Assembly: GCF_963921235.1 (NCBI RefSeq)
Contig: NC_086117.1
Location: 18,166,001-18,230,000, forward strand
Reading direction: 5' to 3'
Origin: Mobula hypostoma
Taxonomy: Eukaryota
DNA: 64,000 bases
Shown here: positions 14,901 to 29,900 of the stretch, in pieces
Position numbering within the stretch: the first letter of the stretch is position 1
Layout: each line of letters starts with the position of its first letter
Notes under the pieces: model-generated
The model's input: only the letters and a program-made list of their open reading frames with translations
What the model was told of the DNA's origin: nothing
Databases searched by the model: none
Program-made: the position numbers and the translations under genes

Positions 14901-17900
14901 AATTGCCTTAATATAACACTTACTGTCCCATCAAGCATGTGTCAATTAGAATCTCCAGTCTCTCCTGAAGGTGCTGAGATGGCAATTCTGTTTTATGGGC
15001 ACCTGCCCTGCAGATGGTCTGCTCCTGAGATCTAACAAACTTATTCACCATGGGATATACGGTCAGTGGCCATTTTATTAGATACCTCCTCTCCCTAATA
15101 GAGTGGCCACTGGGTGTATGTTTGTGGTCTTCTGCTGCTGTAGCCCATCCTCTTCAAGGTTTGGCGTGTCGTGCATTCAGAGATGCTTTTCTGCATGGCA
15201 CTGTTGTAACGTGTAGTTATTTGAGTTCCTGTCACCTTCCTGTCAGCTTGAACCAGTCGGGCCATTCTCCTCTGGCCTCTCTCATTACCAAAGCATTTTC
15301 ACCCACAGAACTGCCGATTACTGGATATTTTCCTGTTTTTTGTACCATTCTCTGTAAACTCTAGAGAATATTGTGTGTAAAAATCCCAGAAGAACAGCAG
15401 TTTCTGAGATACTCAAACCACTCCATCTGGCACCAACATTCATTCCACAGTTAAAGTCACTCAGATCACATTTCTTCCCCGTTCTGATGTTTGGTCTGAA
15501 CAACAACAGAACTTTTTGACCATGTCTGGATGCTTTTATGCATTAAGTTGCTGCCATGTGATTGGCTGATTAGATATTTGTATTTACATGCAGGTGTACA
15601 GGTGTACAGGTGTGCCTAATAAGATGGCCAATGAACGTAGCTATAGGAAATGTTCGATTCTCAGTGCACTCACAATTGTTGTGTACACACCTATGAAACA
15701 CCTGACACAAACAATCCCACAACACTGTTTTGAAGAACAAGGGAGATTCCCAGGTATCCTGGTGAACTGTTATCTCTCAATTGACACTCGGCAGGAGAAT
15801 GGGGTAATAAATCAGTCATGATGGAATAGTGGAGCAGACTCGATGGGCTGAATGGCCTAATTCTGCTCCTATCTTCTGTGGTCTTATGGTCACTGCAATG
15901 GATTAAGTGGTCATTATGGAGACATAGAATGGCTGCAGTACAGGAGGCCATTCAGCCCATCATATCTGCAGCAGCTCTCTCCTAGAACAGCTCATGAGAT
16001 CCGTCCCACAGCCTTCTCTGTAAGTCCTGTAAGTTTTTCCTTGCAAAATATTTATCTAATTTCCTCTAGGAAGGTGGAATACAACCTGCCTCCACCACAT
16101 CCGCAGTAATGCAGTCCAGATTTCAACCACATGCTGTGTAAAATGAAAAAAAGTTTTCCATCATTCACTGTTAATAGTCTTCCCTTTTAGTTTATACCTG
16201 TGACCTCAAATCCTTGACTCCTCCATTAACGGAAACAACCTCAATATTCTGTCCATTCTGTCCAGAAACTCATCCTATTTTTTAAAAATCTCCCTCTGTC
16301 AAATTTCTAAAGAGAACAGTCTCTGTCTTTTCCATGTGTCCTCATTACTGCAAGCCCCTCAGTCCCAGAACTATTTGCATATAGATTCTTCTTTTTAGAG
16401 ATACAGCACAGAACAGGCCCAGCCCAATGAGCGATACTGCCCAGCAACCTATCTATATTTAACACTAGCCTAATCACGGGACAGTTTCCTCTAACCAGTA
16501 CGCCATTGGATTGTGGGAGGAAACCAGAGCACCCAGAGGAAACCCACACAGTCGAACATACAAACTCCTTACGATGGCGCCAGAATTAAACTATGAATTC
16601 TTTCTAAATTGTGGCAACCAGAACTGAACACAATACTCAAACCAATGTCCAACAACACTTTTCTTTTGGTTTAAGGGTTTATCTCACTGATCATGTAACT
16701 TTTGCTCACTAATTAGTGCTACACTAAGATGTCTCCATTTTGTAGTAGTTCGAAAAAAGTACTGTAAAGAGCTTTGGATATTTTGTTAAGTTCATACCAC
16801 CCCTGATGAGGAATGTACCGGATGAACTCTGTCCAATTTCCTCCCTGGTCCCCTCACTTGGTCTCCTTGTACCATATTGTCACCATTAATGGTCACAATA
16901 TTGAGATTGACAAGAACAGCATCAGTTGTTGCTTCTTCTGAATTCCCTACCTGTCTTGCCTGAGAAATCGCCCTCCCTTCTCCCCCCCCATCATTCTGAC
17001 TCCACGGGAAAGATCAACCATCTAGGGTATCAAAAATAACAGCACTCACAGCACGCTGGAGGAACTCAGCAGGTCAGGCAGCATCCGTGGAAACGATCGG
17101 TCGACATTTTGGGCTGGAACCCTTCGTCAGGACTGAAGAGGGAAGGGGCAGAGGCCCTATAAAGAAGGTGGGGGGAGGGTGGGAAGGAAAAGGTTGGTAG
17201 GTTCAGGAAACAATCTGCAGATTATTTTGTGTTTATGATAAAAAAAATAACAGGTTCCGCCATCCTAAAGCCCTTCGCATCGCCAGTAACAATGGATCCG
17301 CACCCCCAGTTCACACTCACCTGCACTGAGGCAGGTGCCCTAACGTAAGAGCACCTTTTATGTCAAAAATTAACCTGATTCCATGATCTACAGACTCACT
17401 TTACAACTCATGTTCTCAGTATTATTTTTACATAGTTTGTCTTCTTTTGAACATTGATTGTCAGTCTCTAACTGTTTAAGAGTTGTTTTTCGTAAAATGC
17501 TATTGTATCTATTTTTCTCCTGTAAGCACCCGATGAATCACAGGATACGATAGTGTTTGAATTCTGAATGTCTGACTGTACATTGACCACCACTGTCAAT
17601 CCATTAATGTTCCCTGAAGCTTAGTTGGTGAGAATCTCACCTCTCCATCAAAAAGTTGTGGAGGTTGAAGTCCCATGCATGAAACCTAAATGCAAACATC
17701 AAGCTTCATTGTAACACTGAAGGAGTTTTTCCTGTCAGAGGTACTTTCTTTCAGATGGGATGTTAAGGAAGTCCTTCTGATGCACTGTCAGTTAAAGATC
17801 CCATAGCTCTGTTTTGAAGGAAACCAGGGAGCTAATAGCAGCATCCATTGATGAACTCTCTGCCAACATCTTTAAATTAGGTTATCTAGTTGTTCCTGTT

Positions 17901-20900
17901 TGTGGGAGCTTGCTGCCATCTTCTAAATTCCCCTGGTGACTGAATGAATACATTTCATGTTGCTTTGAAATGCTCCAAGGTGATGATTTAATTTCAATGC
18001 AGTTCTTGTGCTTTCGTACTGTCAGCCAATTATTACCAGGAGCAAATGTCACCTGTCTGGGGAGAGCTACAGAGGGAAGCTCTCTACCTCCTCAACAATC
18101 CCTATTTCACTTAGATATTTCCACTTCAGTGTGCTTGGAGAAGTCCTGTGACCACAGAGAGGGAGCTGAGGTCAATAACCTGCACTCTTTCCTTTGCTCT
18201 CCCAGCCAGAGGATGTGGGTGTCTATACCTGTACAGCAGTCAACCCTGTCGGCAAGGACAGCCATCACATTCGCCTGTCTGTGAACGTTCAGCCAGCATT
18301 CACCGAGCTCCCTGCTGACCTCTCTCTCCACAAGGGTGAAAGGCTGCTATTGACGTGTGCAGCGAAGGGGCTGCCAGCTCCCTCCATCAGCTGGACATTC
18401 AATAACAAGCCCATTACAGGTAAGTGGGGGGAGAGCTGTGGCATTCTAACACTGCTCCGTGCTGAGCAAAGGTGCCATCTTAATGGATACGCAATATTTC
18501 ATCATATGCTGTTGGACTGCTTCACTGACGCCCACGTTAGACTTGCTTCCTTCACCCATTGACGCTCCTTCGCAGGAGAGGCTACACAGGGAATGCCTGA
18601 ACCTGGAATTGTTGCTCATTCTGCCCTTCGTTCTGAGTAGCACGGGTTTGACCAGAACAGTGAACCAAGGACAGAGTCCAGACTGATACCTCCACATCTC
18701 AGGCCAAATCATACCCCCACAGGGATAGCTACAATAATGGAATAGGACAGGATAATCAGCTCTTTCACGTTCCCTGCCATTCGCTTATCTAAAGGCTGAT
18801 TTCTCCCTGCATTCTAATGGTAGACCTTAGAACTTAGAACGTAGAGCAGTACAGGCTCTTTATCCCACGATGTTGTGCCAACCTTTTAACCTACTCCATG
18901 ATCAATCCAACCCTCCCTCCCACACTGGGTTCCATCTTTCATCCACCTGCCTATCAAAGAGTCTCTGAAATATCCCTAATGTATCTCTGCCTCTATCACC
19001 AGTCCTGACAGCTTGTTCCTTGCATCCAGCACTCTCTGTGTAAAAAAAAAACTACCTCTTGACATCCCCTTTATACATTCCCCCAATCACCTTAAAATTA
19101 TGCCCCCTCATATTAGGCATTTCCACCCTGGGGAAAAGACACTCTATCTACACCTCAGCATCTAATACACTTCTATCTCATCCTCCAACCTTAGCTTTAT
19201 CATCTTTTAATTATCTTACCAAACAACAATTTCAGAGGAAGATCTCCGGCATCACAGCTTTCTGAGGAGAGAATTCCAGATTTCATGGAAAAATTACTTC
19301 CTGATTCCCCTCCTTAGCAGATATCTAAAATTACATCCCTTTATGCTTGATTTCTCCCATCAGAAGAAACAGTTAGATGGTTTCTCTGTATCCATGCCAT
19401 TGTATGTTTTTTCCTGTTTAAAATGTATCATTCAGATCTCTGCTCAATCTCCTGTACTGAAGGGAATATGATCTAACTTTGTCTTCCTAATTTCATCCTC
19501 ATGGAAATCAGATGGCTGGAATTTCATCCCAGGCATAGGGCGGCAAAAGATTATTGTGATTGGATTCACTAGATCTGAAATTTTAAGAGTTGAGGACCAT
19601 GTGCTTTCTACTCTGCGTGCTTTGTGCGCTTGCCCTCGGTGAATTCCTAGCCAAGGTGTTCTGATGGATCTGCGTTGAACGCCATCTAAAGCCAATGTAT
19701 CTGTCCAAAGGTGCAGAGCACAAAACGGGGTGTGAACAACCCTCGGCTCCGTCCTCTTTGAGGGAAATTACTCTGAAGCTCTTGGCTTGGGTATGAAATG
19801 ATGATCTGTTTATACTTCTCACTGCCTCAGTAAAGCGACCAGCGCAATCAAAGACTCCGCTCACCCTGCACATCCTTTCTTCCCCCTCTCCCATCAGGCA
19901 GAAGTTACAAAGGCCCGAAAGCAGATGCCACCATGCTCAATGAGAGCTCCTCTCCTGCTGTTATCAGGCTCTTGAACGGATCTTCGTAGAGTCATAGAGA
20001 AGTACAGCACAGAAACAGGCCCTTCAGCCCATCTAGTCTGTGCCGAACCATTTAAACCGCCTACTCCCACCAGGACCATAGCCCTCCATACCCCTACCAT
20101 CCATGTACCTATTCAGACTTCTCTTAAACATTGAAATCGAGCTCTCATGCACCACTTGTGCTGGCAGCTCGTTCCACACTCTCACAACCCTCTATGTGAA
20201 GAGGTTTCCCCTCATGTTCCCCTGAAACATTTCACCTTTCACCCTTAGCCCATCTCTAGTTGTAGTTCCACCCAACCTCAGTGGAAAAAGCCTGCTTGCA
20301 CTTACCCTATCTATACCCCTCATAATTCTGTATACCTCTATCAAATCTCCCCTCGGTCTTCTTCGTTTCAAGGAATAAAGTCCTAACCTATTCAATCTCG
20401 TGCAATAAGATGCACTCCTGGCCTCACAATCTACCTCGTTGTGATCTTGCCCTTCATCATTTCCCTGAAATGCACTTTTTTCGGTGGCTTTTGCATTTCA
20501 TTCTGTATTTTTATTATTTATTTGTATTTATTTATTTAGAGATACAGCACAGTAACAGGTGCTTCTGGCCCAGTATGCCTGTGCTGCCCAGTTATCCCTA
20601 GGTGTCTAATTAACCTACTGGCCTGTATGTCTTTGGAATGTGGGAGGAAACCAGAGCACCCGGAGGAAACCCACGCCATCATGGGGAGAATGTACAAACT
20701 CCTTACAGACAGGTTGCTGGCGCTGTAATAGCATGAGGCTAGCCGCAGGCCTACCGTGCCGCCTTAACTGGTTTACCTTATTCTATCTCAGTGCATGATG
20801 TCATGATTTGACTTGTAGGAACAGTGCGCAAGACAAGCTTTTCACTGTATCTTGGTACATGTAGCTATAATAAACCAATACCATTATACGACCATAAGAT

Positions 20901-23900
20901 ATAGGAGCAGAACTACACCATCTGACCCATCGAGTCTGCTCCACTATTTCATCATGGCTGATCCAACTTTCCTCTCAGCCCCAATGTCCTGCCTTCTCCC
21001 CGTATTCCTTCATGCTCCAAGCAATCAAGAATGTGTCACCAAGATCCGTGCGTGCCAGCAGAGATTCTGAAAATCAATCCTCTGTAATCTGTGTGGTGGG
21101 TGGAGTGGAAATGGAAGTGGGTCCGGAATGTTGGGGATATACTTCCTATTTGGAAGATATCGGTAAACCCTGTCCTCATCCTCATCATTATGCGCCGTTT
21201 CGTATTGACGTAGGCGATCATGGTCTCTTGGCCATGATTGTTCTTGGCAAACTTTTCTTTTTGCCTTCTTCTGGGCAGTGTCTTTACAAGATGGGTGGCC
21301 CCAGCCATTATCAATACTGCTCAGAGATTGCTTGCCTGGCACCAGATGGCGCATAACAAGGGCTTGGTGATGTGCACCAGCTGCTCACCTGACCATCCAC
21401 ACCTGCTCCTGTGGCTTCACGTGACCCTGATCGAGGGGCTAAGCAGGTGCTACACCTCGCCCAAGGGGGACCTGCAGGCTAGCGGAGGGAAGGAGCGCCT
21501 TACACCTCCTTTGGCAGAGACGTATCTCCACCCTGCCACCCTGCCCTGCCCACCCCAAAGACACAATATCATACACCTCAGGAAAAGACAAGAGTAAGCA
21601 TTCAGCTGCTGTCAGCCAGAGAACAATCGTCCTGACTCTCTCCCTCTCTCATCACTTTGTGAAAGCTTCACAGACTGAAGGCCTGAGTGAACTGATGATA
21701 GAAAGGGTTTCCAAAGAAGATTCTGGAACTTACGTGTGCACAGCAGAGAATGCTGTGGGGGTGATTAGAGCCATTGGATTTGTCTACGTGAAAGGTAAGA
21801 TGATCGTTTCTTACTGATGGGAACGATAATGACCTTCCATTAATCTTGGGAATAACAATGACCCAGTCTGAGGACAGTGTTTACATTCCAGCAATGGGAA
21901 TAAGGATCCAGTAATTGTTTTTATCACAGGATGAAGGATAATGGCTGGCACAATGTACTCTAGTTCAAATAAACCTGAACATATCAAAACCGGTTACCTT
22001 AGTCCAGTTAGTTTAATCTGTTTTTTTAAACTAACTAGATATATGCAGTCAGGGTTAAAAACAAGCCAAGAAGGGTGACTTCAGCAGGATGAGTTTCAAT
22101 TCAGGAGCAAAACATGTTACACTACAAAGGCTATTCAGCCCATCATGTCGAATCAGGCACACCATGGCCAATCCCAGTTCCCAGCTCTTGCCTGTGACCC
22201 TGCAGATAATATCTCCCCTGGTGTTTGTCTGAGTAGTTTTTGATTGTGTGTGGACAGCTCTGCCATCCTTTTGGGCAGTGAGTTTCAGACCAACACCACT
22301 TCCTGGGTGAAGTGTTTATTTCTCAAGTCCCCTTTACACCTTCTATCAAATTAATATATACCCAACTGGTTACTAATATCTTTCATAATTAACCTAAATA
22401 TTTTAGTTGGTTTGGTTGAACTAAGTCAGCTGACTCTTTATTTGAGCGTAAGGAAGTTGGGGTTGGAATATTGATTGTCTGCTACCTGACACGTAATGCC
22501 GGCTGAGAATGTTCTGAAGGGCAGTGAAGAAGTCAGAGATACAGCTAGAACTAGAAACTGTAGTTAAAGATGAACACTAATAAAGGTCAGGGGATTGTGG
22601 TGTTAGCTGTGTCTCAGTCTCCGCAGGTGCTGCCTGAACCGATGTGTCTTCCTAGTATTTTCTGCTGTCATTACAAATAAATCTCAGGAAACAGAGACTC
22701 TAATAAGGTGAAATTGCTTTGCCCGACTAGTGGTTTGAATATGGGTGCCACGGTAGCATAGCTGTTAGTGCTTGGGGCATTCCAGAGTTTGGAGTTCAAT
22801 TCCGGCATCATTCTGTAAGGACTTTCTGTGTGTTCTCCCCACAGAATGTGTGGGTTTTCTCTGGGTCCTCTGGTTTTCTCCCTCAGTCTAAAGATGTAAC
22901 AGGCAAGTTAATTGGTCATTGTAAATGTTCCCTTGATTATTGATTTCTTTATTGAGATACAGCATGGAGTCGGCCTCACCGGCCCTTCAAGCCACACCAC
23001 CCAGCAATCCCCAAATTTAACCCCAGCCTAGTCACAGGGCAATTTACAATGACCAATTAACCACAGCCTAATCACAGGGCAATTTACAATGACCAATTAA
23101 CCCCAGCCTAATCACAGGGCAATTTACAATGACCAATTAACCCCAGCCTAATCACAGGGCAATTTACAATGACCAATTAACCCCAGCCTAATCACAGGGC
23201 AATTTACAATGACCAATTACAATGTCCAATTGCAATTTACAATGACCAGTTAAACCCATCCGGTACGTCAATGGACTGTGGGAGGAAACCGGAGCACCCA
23301 GAGGAAACCACGCGGTTACGGAGAGAACGTACAGACTCTTTACAGACAGTGGCAGGAGTTGAACCCTGGTCACCTGTTGTGTATGTGTGAGGTCGTGGAG
23401 CCAGTTCAGAGCTGAGGTGAGTGAAGTTATCCACGCTGGTTCAGGAGCCTGATTGTTGAAGGGTAATGGTTGTTCCTGGACCTGGTTGTGTGGTACCTAA
23501 GACTTCTGTACCTCCAGCCTGGTGCTAGTAGCAGGAGTTATCAAACGTGCAATATTCAAACAGTTTATGAATAACAAGAACATGGTCACAGGGAGAATGA
23601 TGGAGCTAGTTGTAGCTGATTAGTGCAAACGTAGAACCTCACATTGAGATGATTAGTGTTCCCCAGTAGCACAAAGCTGCAAGACTGTTTAATTATCTCA
23701 ATTTGCAATGTTATACACTACAGAGCTCCTGTGGTGATTGGATTTTAAATCTCACCAGATGGGAGATTTAAATCTAATTAATTAATCCAAATTTAAAGGG
23801 TGACATTTTATGTACAAGACTGTCGTAGCGGTTCATCTAGTTCGCTTCTACCAATTGAGGATGGAAGTCTATTGTTATACAATCTGGCCGACACATCTTC

Positions 23901-26900
23901 CGGCCTGTAACAGTGTGGCTTTATTTTTAACTGCCCTCTGGTATGGCCCAGATAAATCCCTAGTCAGGGACGGGGTCGAAAGATGACGGCAGCAGCCATG
24001 GCCATGCTCAGAAGTCCATTAAAAGAAGAAATACAAGGATAAGCTTCAACAGCATTGCAAAAGCTAAGCACTGTGTTCCTGGGAAGAAGAAAACAGGAAT
24101 TGCTGGAGTTCCTCAGCAGGTTTCACTCCAAAAGACCAAAACGCTTAGGAGCAGAATTGGGTCACTTGTCCCATCAGATGCCTCCTAACCCCATCCTCCC
24201 ACCTTCTACCTTTAATGCCATGACTAATCAAGAAACTATCAACTTCCGCTCTAAATATACCCAATGACCTGACCTCCACAACCATCTGTGGCAATGAATT
24301 CCAAAGTTTCACTACCCTCTGGGTAAAGAAAGTGCTCCTCATCCCTGTTCTAAATGGAGGCTGCGACCTCTTATCCTAGACTCCCCCCACTACTGGAAAC
24401 ACCCACTCCACGTCCACTCAGCTTAGGCCTTTCAACATTCGAAAGGTCTCAATGAGATCCTCCCTCGTTCTTCTAACCTCCAGTGAGTACAGGCCCAGAG
24501 CCATCAAACACTCCTCGTAGGTTAACCCTTTCATTCCCAGGATCATTCTCATGAACCTCCTCCAGAACAGATGTGGCCCAGAATTGCACACAAGTGTGGT
24601 CTGGCCGATGTCCTATCAGCATCACATCCTCAGTCCAACAATCTTACATCCGGAGAGGGTACCTGACCCACGAATGTTATGCTTTGAAAGCTGCTTTTCT
24701 GTTCCATTGCTCAGAGGCACCGGTTCTCCTGGGAGAGGTCAGCGCCTACCAGATGGAACCGCTGGGGGGGAATGTCATATTGACCTGCGATGCCCGCGGA
24801 GATCCAGTACCGTCAATCAACTGGAATAAAAACGGCAGCCCCTTGACCATCAGTAATCGTATTCGGCAAATGAACAATGGTTCCTTGGCAATCTACAGGA
24901 CTGTGGTGAGTCCTGTTTCATTCTGATTAACAAAGCCGGCTTTAAACTCTCTCTCGTCCTCAGTTTCCTTTCTGATTCTTTTCCCTCACCTTTCTTCCTC
25001 TGTTTTAGGACAGAGAACAGTACAGCACAGCACAGGCCCTTCGGCCCACACTCTCACATAGCCTTCTATTTTTCTTTCATCCATGTGCCCAAGAGTCTCC
25101 CAGATGTCCCTAATTTATCCACCTCTGGCACCCTCCACTCCCTGTGTTTAAAAAAAACCCACCCCCATACCTTCTTCCATTCACCTTAAACCTGGGAAAA
25201 AGGCTCTGGCTGTCCACTCTATCAATGCCTCTTATCACCTTATACACTTCTGGCAAGTTGCTTCTCACCCTCCTTTGCTCCAAAGAGAAAAGCTCTAGCT
25301 TGCTCAACCTTTTCTCATAAGACATGCTCTCTAAGCCAAGCAGCATCCTGGTAAATCTCCTCTTCACCCTCTCTAAAGTCTCCGTACCCTTCCTGTAATG
25401 AGGCGGCCAGAATGGAAGCAATCCATTTCTGCACGTCCTCCGGCTCTTGTTGCTGCTCCATGTCGTGCTCTCCTTCGATTTCTCCCTCTGAGGTTGTGGG
25501 CGTCCTGTTCGCTCCTGGAAGTCCCATCCGGGGCATTGCAGCCAAGTCGTCCTAAGGAGAATAGAGCACAGGGTTAACACAGCTGCTGGAAATCCAGAGT
25601 AACGCACACACAATGCTGGAGCAACTCAGCAGGTCAAGTAGCGTCAATCGAAAGGAATAAACAGCTGACGTTTCGGGCTGAGACTCTTCGTGAGGACTGG
25701 GAAGAAGGGGAGAAGAAGCCAGAATAAGAAGGTGGGGGTGGGGAGAGGGGTTGGAGTACAAGCTAGAAGGTGACAGGTATAGACAGGTGGGTGGGGGACG
25801 GGTTGAAGTGAGAAGTTGGGAGGTGATAGGTTGAAAAAGTAAAGGACTGGAGAAGAAGGAATCTGAAGAGAGAGGAGAGTGGACCATGGGAGAAAGGGGA
25901 AGAGGAGGGGGCATCAGGGGAGGTGATAGGTGATAGGCAGGTAAGGAGAAATGAAGAGGTAGGAGATGAGCCAGAGTAGGGAATAAAAGAAAGGGAAGGG
26001 GGAGGGCAAAAAATTACCAGAAGTTAGAGAAATCGATGTTCATGCCATCAGGTTGGAGGCTGCCCAGGCAGAATATAAGGTGCTGCTCTTCCAACTTGAG
26101 GGTGGCCTCATCATGGCAGTGAAGGAGGCCACGATTGAAATGTCAGAATGGGAGTGGGGATTGGAATTAAAATGATTGGCCACCATGAAATCCCGCTTGT
26201 TGTGGATGGGGCGAAGGTGCTCGAAGAAGTCTACGTCGAGTCTCACCAATGTTGAGGAGGCTGCACGGGGAGCACCGGATACGGTAGACAGCCCCGACAG
26301 ATTCACAGCTGGAGGGACTGTTGGGGGCCCAGAATGGAGATGAGAGAGGAGATGAATAGGCAGGTGTAGCACCTCATCCGCTCGCAGGAATAAGTGCCAG
26401 GAGGGAGATTAGTGGAGACAGATGAATGAACAAGGGACTTGTAGAAAACAGACCACAGGATGCCTTCCAATAAAATGGTCCGCTGTGTCCCCAGATTCCT
26501 GCAGTTGTATTTTTGGTTTGGCTGAAGAGCTGACGTGCCTGTTAGAGCCTAGCTCGATTCCAGACAGTTTCCAGGCAGCGTGACGGAAATAAGATTGGCT
26601 GGTCCCAGAGAGTGAGGCAAGTAGCCCCTGGGTGCGCTGAATGCCGATAGTGAAGGCTTATTCCCGCACTCCTCTGTTCGGAAAGCAGGCTCTGCCGAAG
26701 TTCAGGCTAGGCAAGTGAGGAGCGGGTGTGTTGTCAGGCATGCAGCTGACATCTGGTCCGGGATGCCCTGACAGGTGTGTTCCTCTCTTTTAGGTTTGGC
26801 CTGTTGTATATTCACTCCTCTGGTGCTGCACCCTGCCCCAGCAGCCAACCTGTCCATATTTTCTTTCACTGACTCCCCAATGTCTTTTTGACAGAATGAA

Positions 26901-29900
26901 GATGCGGGTGATTACAAGTGTGTCGCAAAGAACGAAGCCGGGGTTGTTGAGCGGAAGGTGACCCTGATGCTGCAAAGTAAGTTTACTGCGAGGTCGCCAC
27001 CCAACCATTTATGTGGCAAGTGGTGCTCCACTATCACTCAAAGGTCATAGAGTGGCCTCAGCGATGCCAGGGTTAATCCCGACAACTCATCCCCTCCAGC
27101 AGACAGGACCAGAGACGAGTTCAGATGAACCTGAAATGTTGACTGTCCATTTCCCTCCACAGATCCAGTCTGACCCACTGAGTTCCTCCAGTGTTTTGGT
27201 TGTTACTCCAGCCTCCGGCATCTGTGGTCTCTTGAGGCTCCTCTGAGAGGCCAGGCATTTCACCGAATTAGAGTAAAATTTTTTTTAAAAAGGGTAAAGT
27301 TCCTTGTTTGGCGTAGCAGGTGGCAATTTTGCCCTTTCTTCAGCGTTTGTCTGTTTTACGGGGCTGAATTGCTAGCTTAGACACTCAACCTAGCACAGAT
27401 GGAAAGTGTGATGGAAAGCTGGATTCGAACCTGGGGACTCTTGTTCCAAATACCACTACACCACCAGCACAGACTGAGCTTTACGTCACTGAATTATATT
27501 CCCAAGTAATGGAACCACAAGAGCAAGGAAATAAGGAGGCTACCAGGCCCCTCAAGCCTGCCCCACCTATCAATATAATTGTGGCTGATCTCTGGGCTCA
27601 ACTCCTGTTCTACATCAATTCCTCATAACCCTCAATTCCTCGATCATTCAGACGTCATCCATCTCCAACTGAAGTATATTTAATGATCTGGCCTCCTATA
27701 CCCTCAGGGGCAGGGAATTCCAGAGGCTACTACCCTTTGAGACAAGAAATTTCTACACACTTTGGTGTTATATGACCGACCCTTTATTTTGTTGCTATGT
27801 TCCCTTGTTCGTGACTCTCCCACGAGTGAAAGTACTTCACTATCCACCCTGTCAAAGCCCACTTTTGATATTTTACATTCAAATAAGGTCGGCTCTCGTT
27901 TCTTCCAAAGTTCTAGGAGTACAGATTAAGTACAGGAACCTAACAACAGTGGTAGTGTAGACTTCTCTTGGCTAAGTCTGAAGCCAAGCTGGGCTGGAGG
28001 CCTGAGGGGACCCTCAGTATTGAACACTTCAGTGAGGGGTGACGTGACCATTGAAACGTTGGAATCTGGAGCCCTCTGTCCCAGGCCCAATCTTGGTAGA
28101 ACAGCTGAAGATAGGGCAGAGCTCATGCATGGGAATAATGCATGAACAGCACTTCATTGGAAAGGAAAATTCCTCAAGGAGGGGGATTTTTCAAAGGAAG
28201 ATTGCCTCCACATGCTTTGCACTGTGTTTAGGGTTGCCACCTGTCCCATATTAGCCGGGATATCCCGTATATTGGGCTAAATTGGTTTGTCCCATATGGG
28301 ACCGCCCTTGTCCCGTATTTCCCCCACTAAGGTAGAGTGTTCCTATGAAACCGTTCGTGAGCCAAAATGGTGTAAAGCGAAGAAGCAATTACCATTAATT
28401 TATATGGGAAAATTTTTTGAGCGTTCCCAGACCCAAAAAATAACCTACCAAATCATACCAAATAACACATAAAACCTATAATAACACTAACATATAGTAA
28501 AAGCAGGAATGATATGATAAATACACAGGCTATATAAAGTAGAAATAATGTATGTACAGTGTAGTTTCACTTAACAGATTCAGGAAGATTAAGCCAAAAC
28601 CAATCTGTAGAAAAAAAATCGGCACGTACACACATGCGCACACAGGTGCCCGCGCAAGGCTTCAAGGTCATGGTGGTCTTTCTTGGGGTAAACACAAGTG
28701 TCCCGTATTTGACTGCTACTTTTGTCCCTTATTTGAGAGTGAGAAAGTTGGCAAACCTAACTGTGTTCCCAATACGTGTGCCTTGTTTTTAGTGATTAAT
28801 CAATGAACAGGTCCAACTCGATTGGAATTCACTTTCTAATCTAAACGCTTCTCAGGAAACAAGACTGGCCGGTTGAGAGGAATGAGACAAGAGACCCTCC
28901 CTGCATCAGCTGACTGCCAAAAGAAAAGGCTTTCTCCCACAATCCTCTCTTTCAGCGAGCATGCTCTGTGAAAGTCCGGTCCCAAGCCATTCACCTTTCA
29001 CCTTCTTGGTCATCATAGTGATGGAACTGTAGACTTAACATCCCAATCAGGCTCAAACAATTAGTTTATAACAAACAGAAGATTAACCCTCCCCCCCCAC
29101 CACCACTACAGAGACTGAAATCCAGAATGATCCCTTATCTACTGCTGACTAACCATTCATAAGCAACAAACACATGTTGGAGAAGGTTGGCAAGTCAGGC
29201 AGCATCTATGGCGGAGAATAAGCAGTTGTCAAGACCCCACTGCGACTGGAATGGAAGCAGGCAGAATAATAAGCTGGGGGGAGGGGAAGGACTACAAACT
29301 GGCAGGTGGTAAGTGAGAGGGAAGGTGGGTGGGTGGGTGGCTGAGGAGGTATGGAGTAAGAAGCTGGGAGGTGATAAATGGACAAGGTAAAGGGCTGAAG
29401 AAGAAAGAATCTGATAGGAAATGACAGGGAACAACGAAAGAGAAGGAGGAGAGGCACTAGAGGGAGGTGTAAAGCAGGTTAGGAGAAGACACAGAGTGGG
29501 GAATGCAAAAGGAGAGAAGGAAGAGGGGAGAGTTATCACCAGAAGTTAGAGAAATCGATGTTCAAGCCGTCAGGTTGGAGGCCACCCACATGAGATATGA
29601 GGTGTTGCTCCTCCAACCTGAGTGTGGCCTCATCGTGGCAGTAGAGGAGGCCGTGGACCGACATGTCGGAATGGGAACAGGGAGTCGAATTGCGATGGGT
29701 GGGCATCATGAAATCCCACCTTTTGCGGCAGATGGAGTGAGGGTGTTGAACAGAGCAATCCCCCAGTCTCGTTGGGTCCCAGTGATATAGAAGAGGCCAC
29801 ACTAGGAGCACCAGATACAACAGACACGCAGGCAAGTGTTACCTCAATTGGAGGGACTGTGGGCCAAGGATGGTGGTGAGGGAGAAGGTAGCACTCCACA

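Noticed and set aside
23021-23220. CRISPR-like regular repeats (also 36629-36997)
   Set aside because: Head-to-tail tandem units with no unique spacers, no cas genes, eukaryotic TE context.
26780-26894. Alternative acceptor ctctcttttag 101 nt upstream of the NEDAG exon
   Set aside because: Would shift the frame; no evidence of use.
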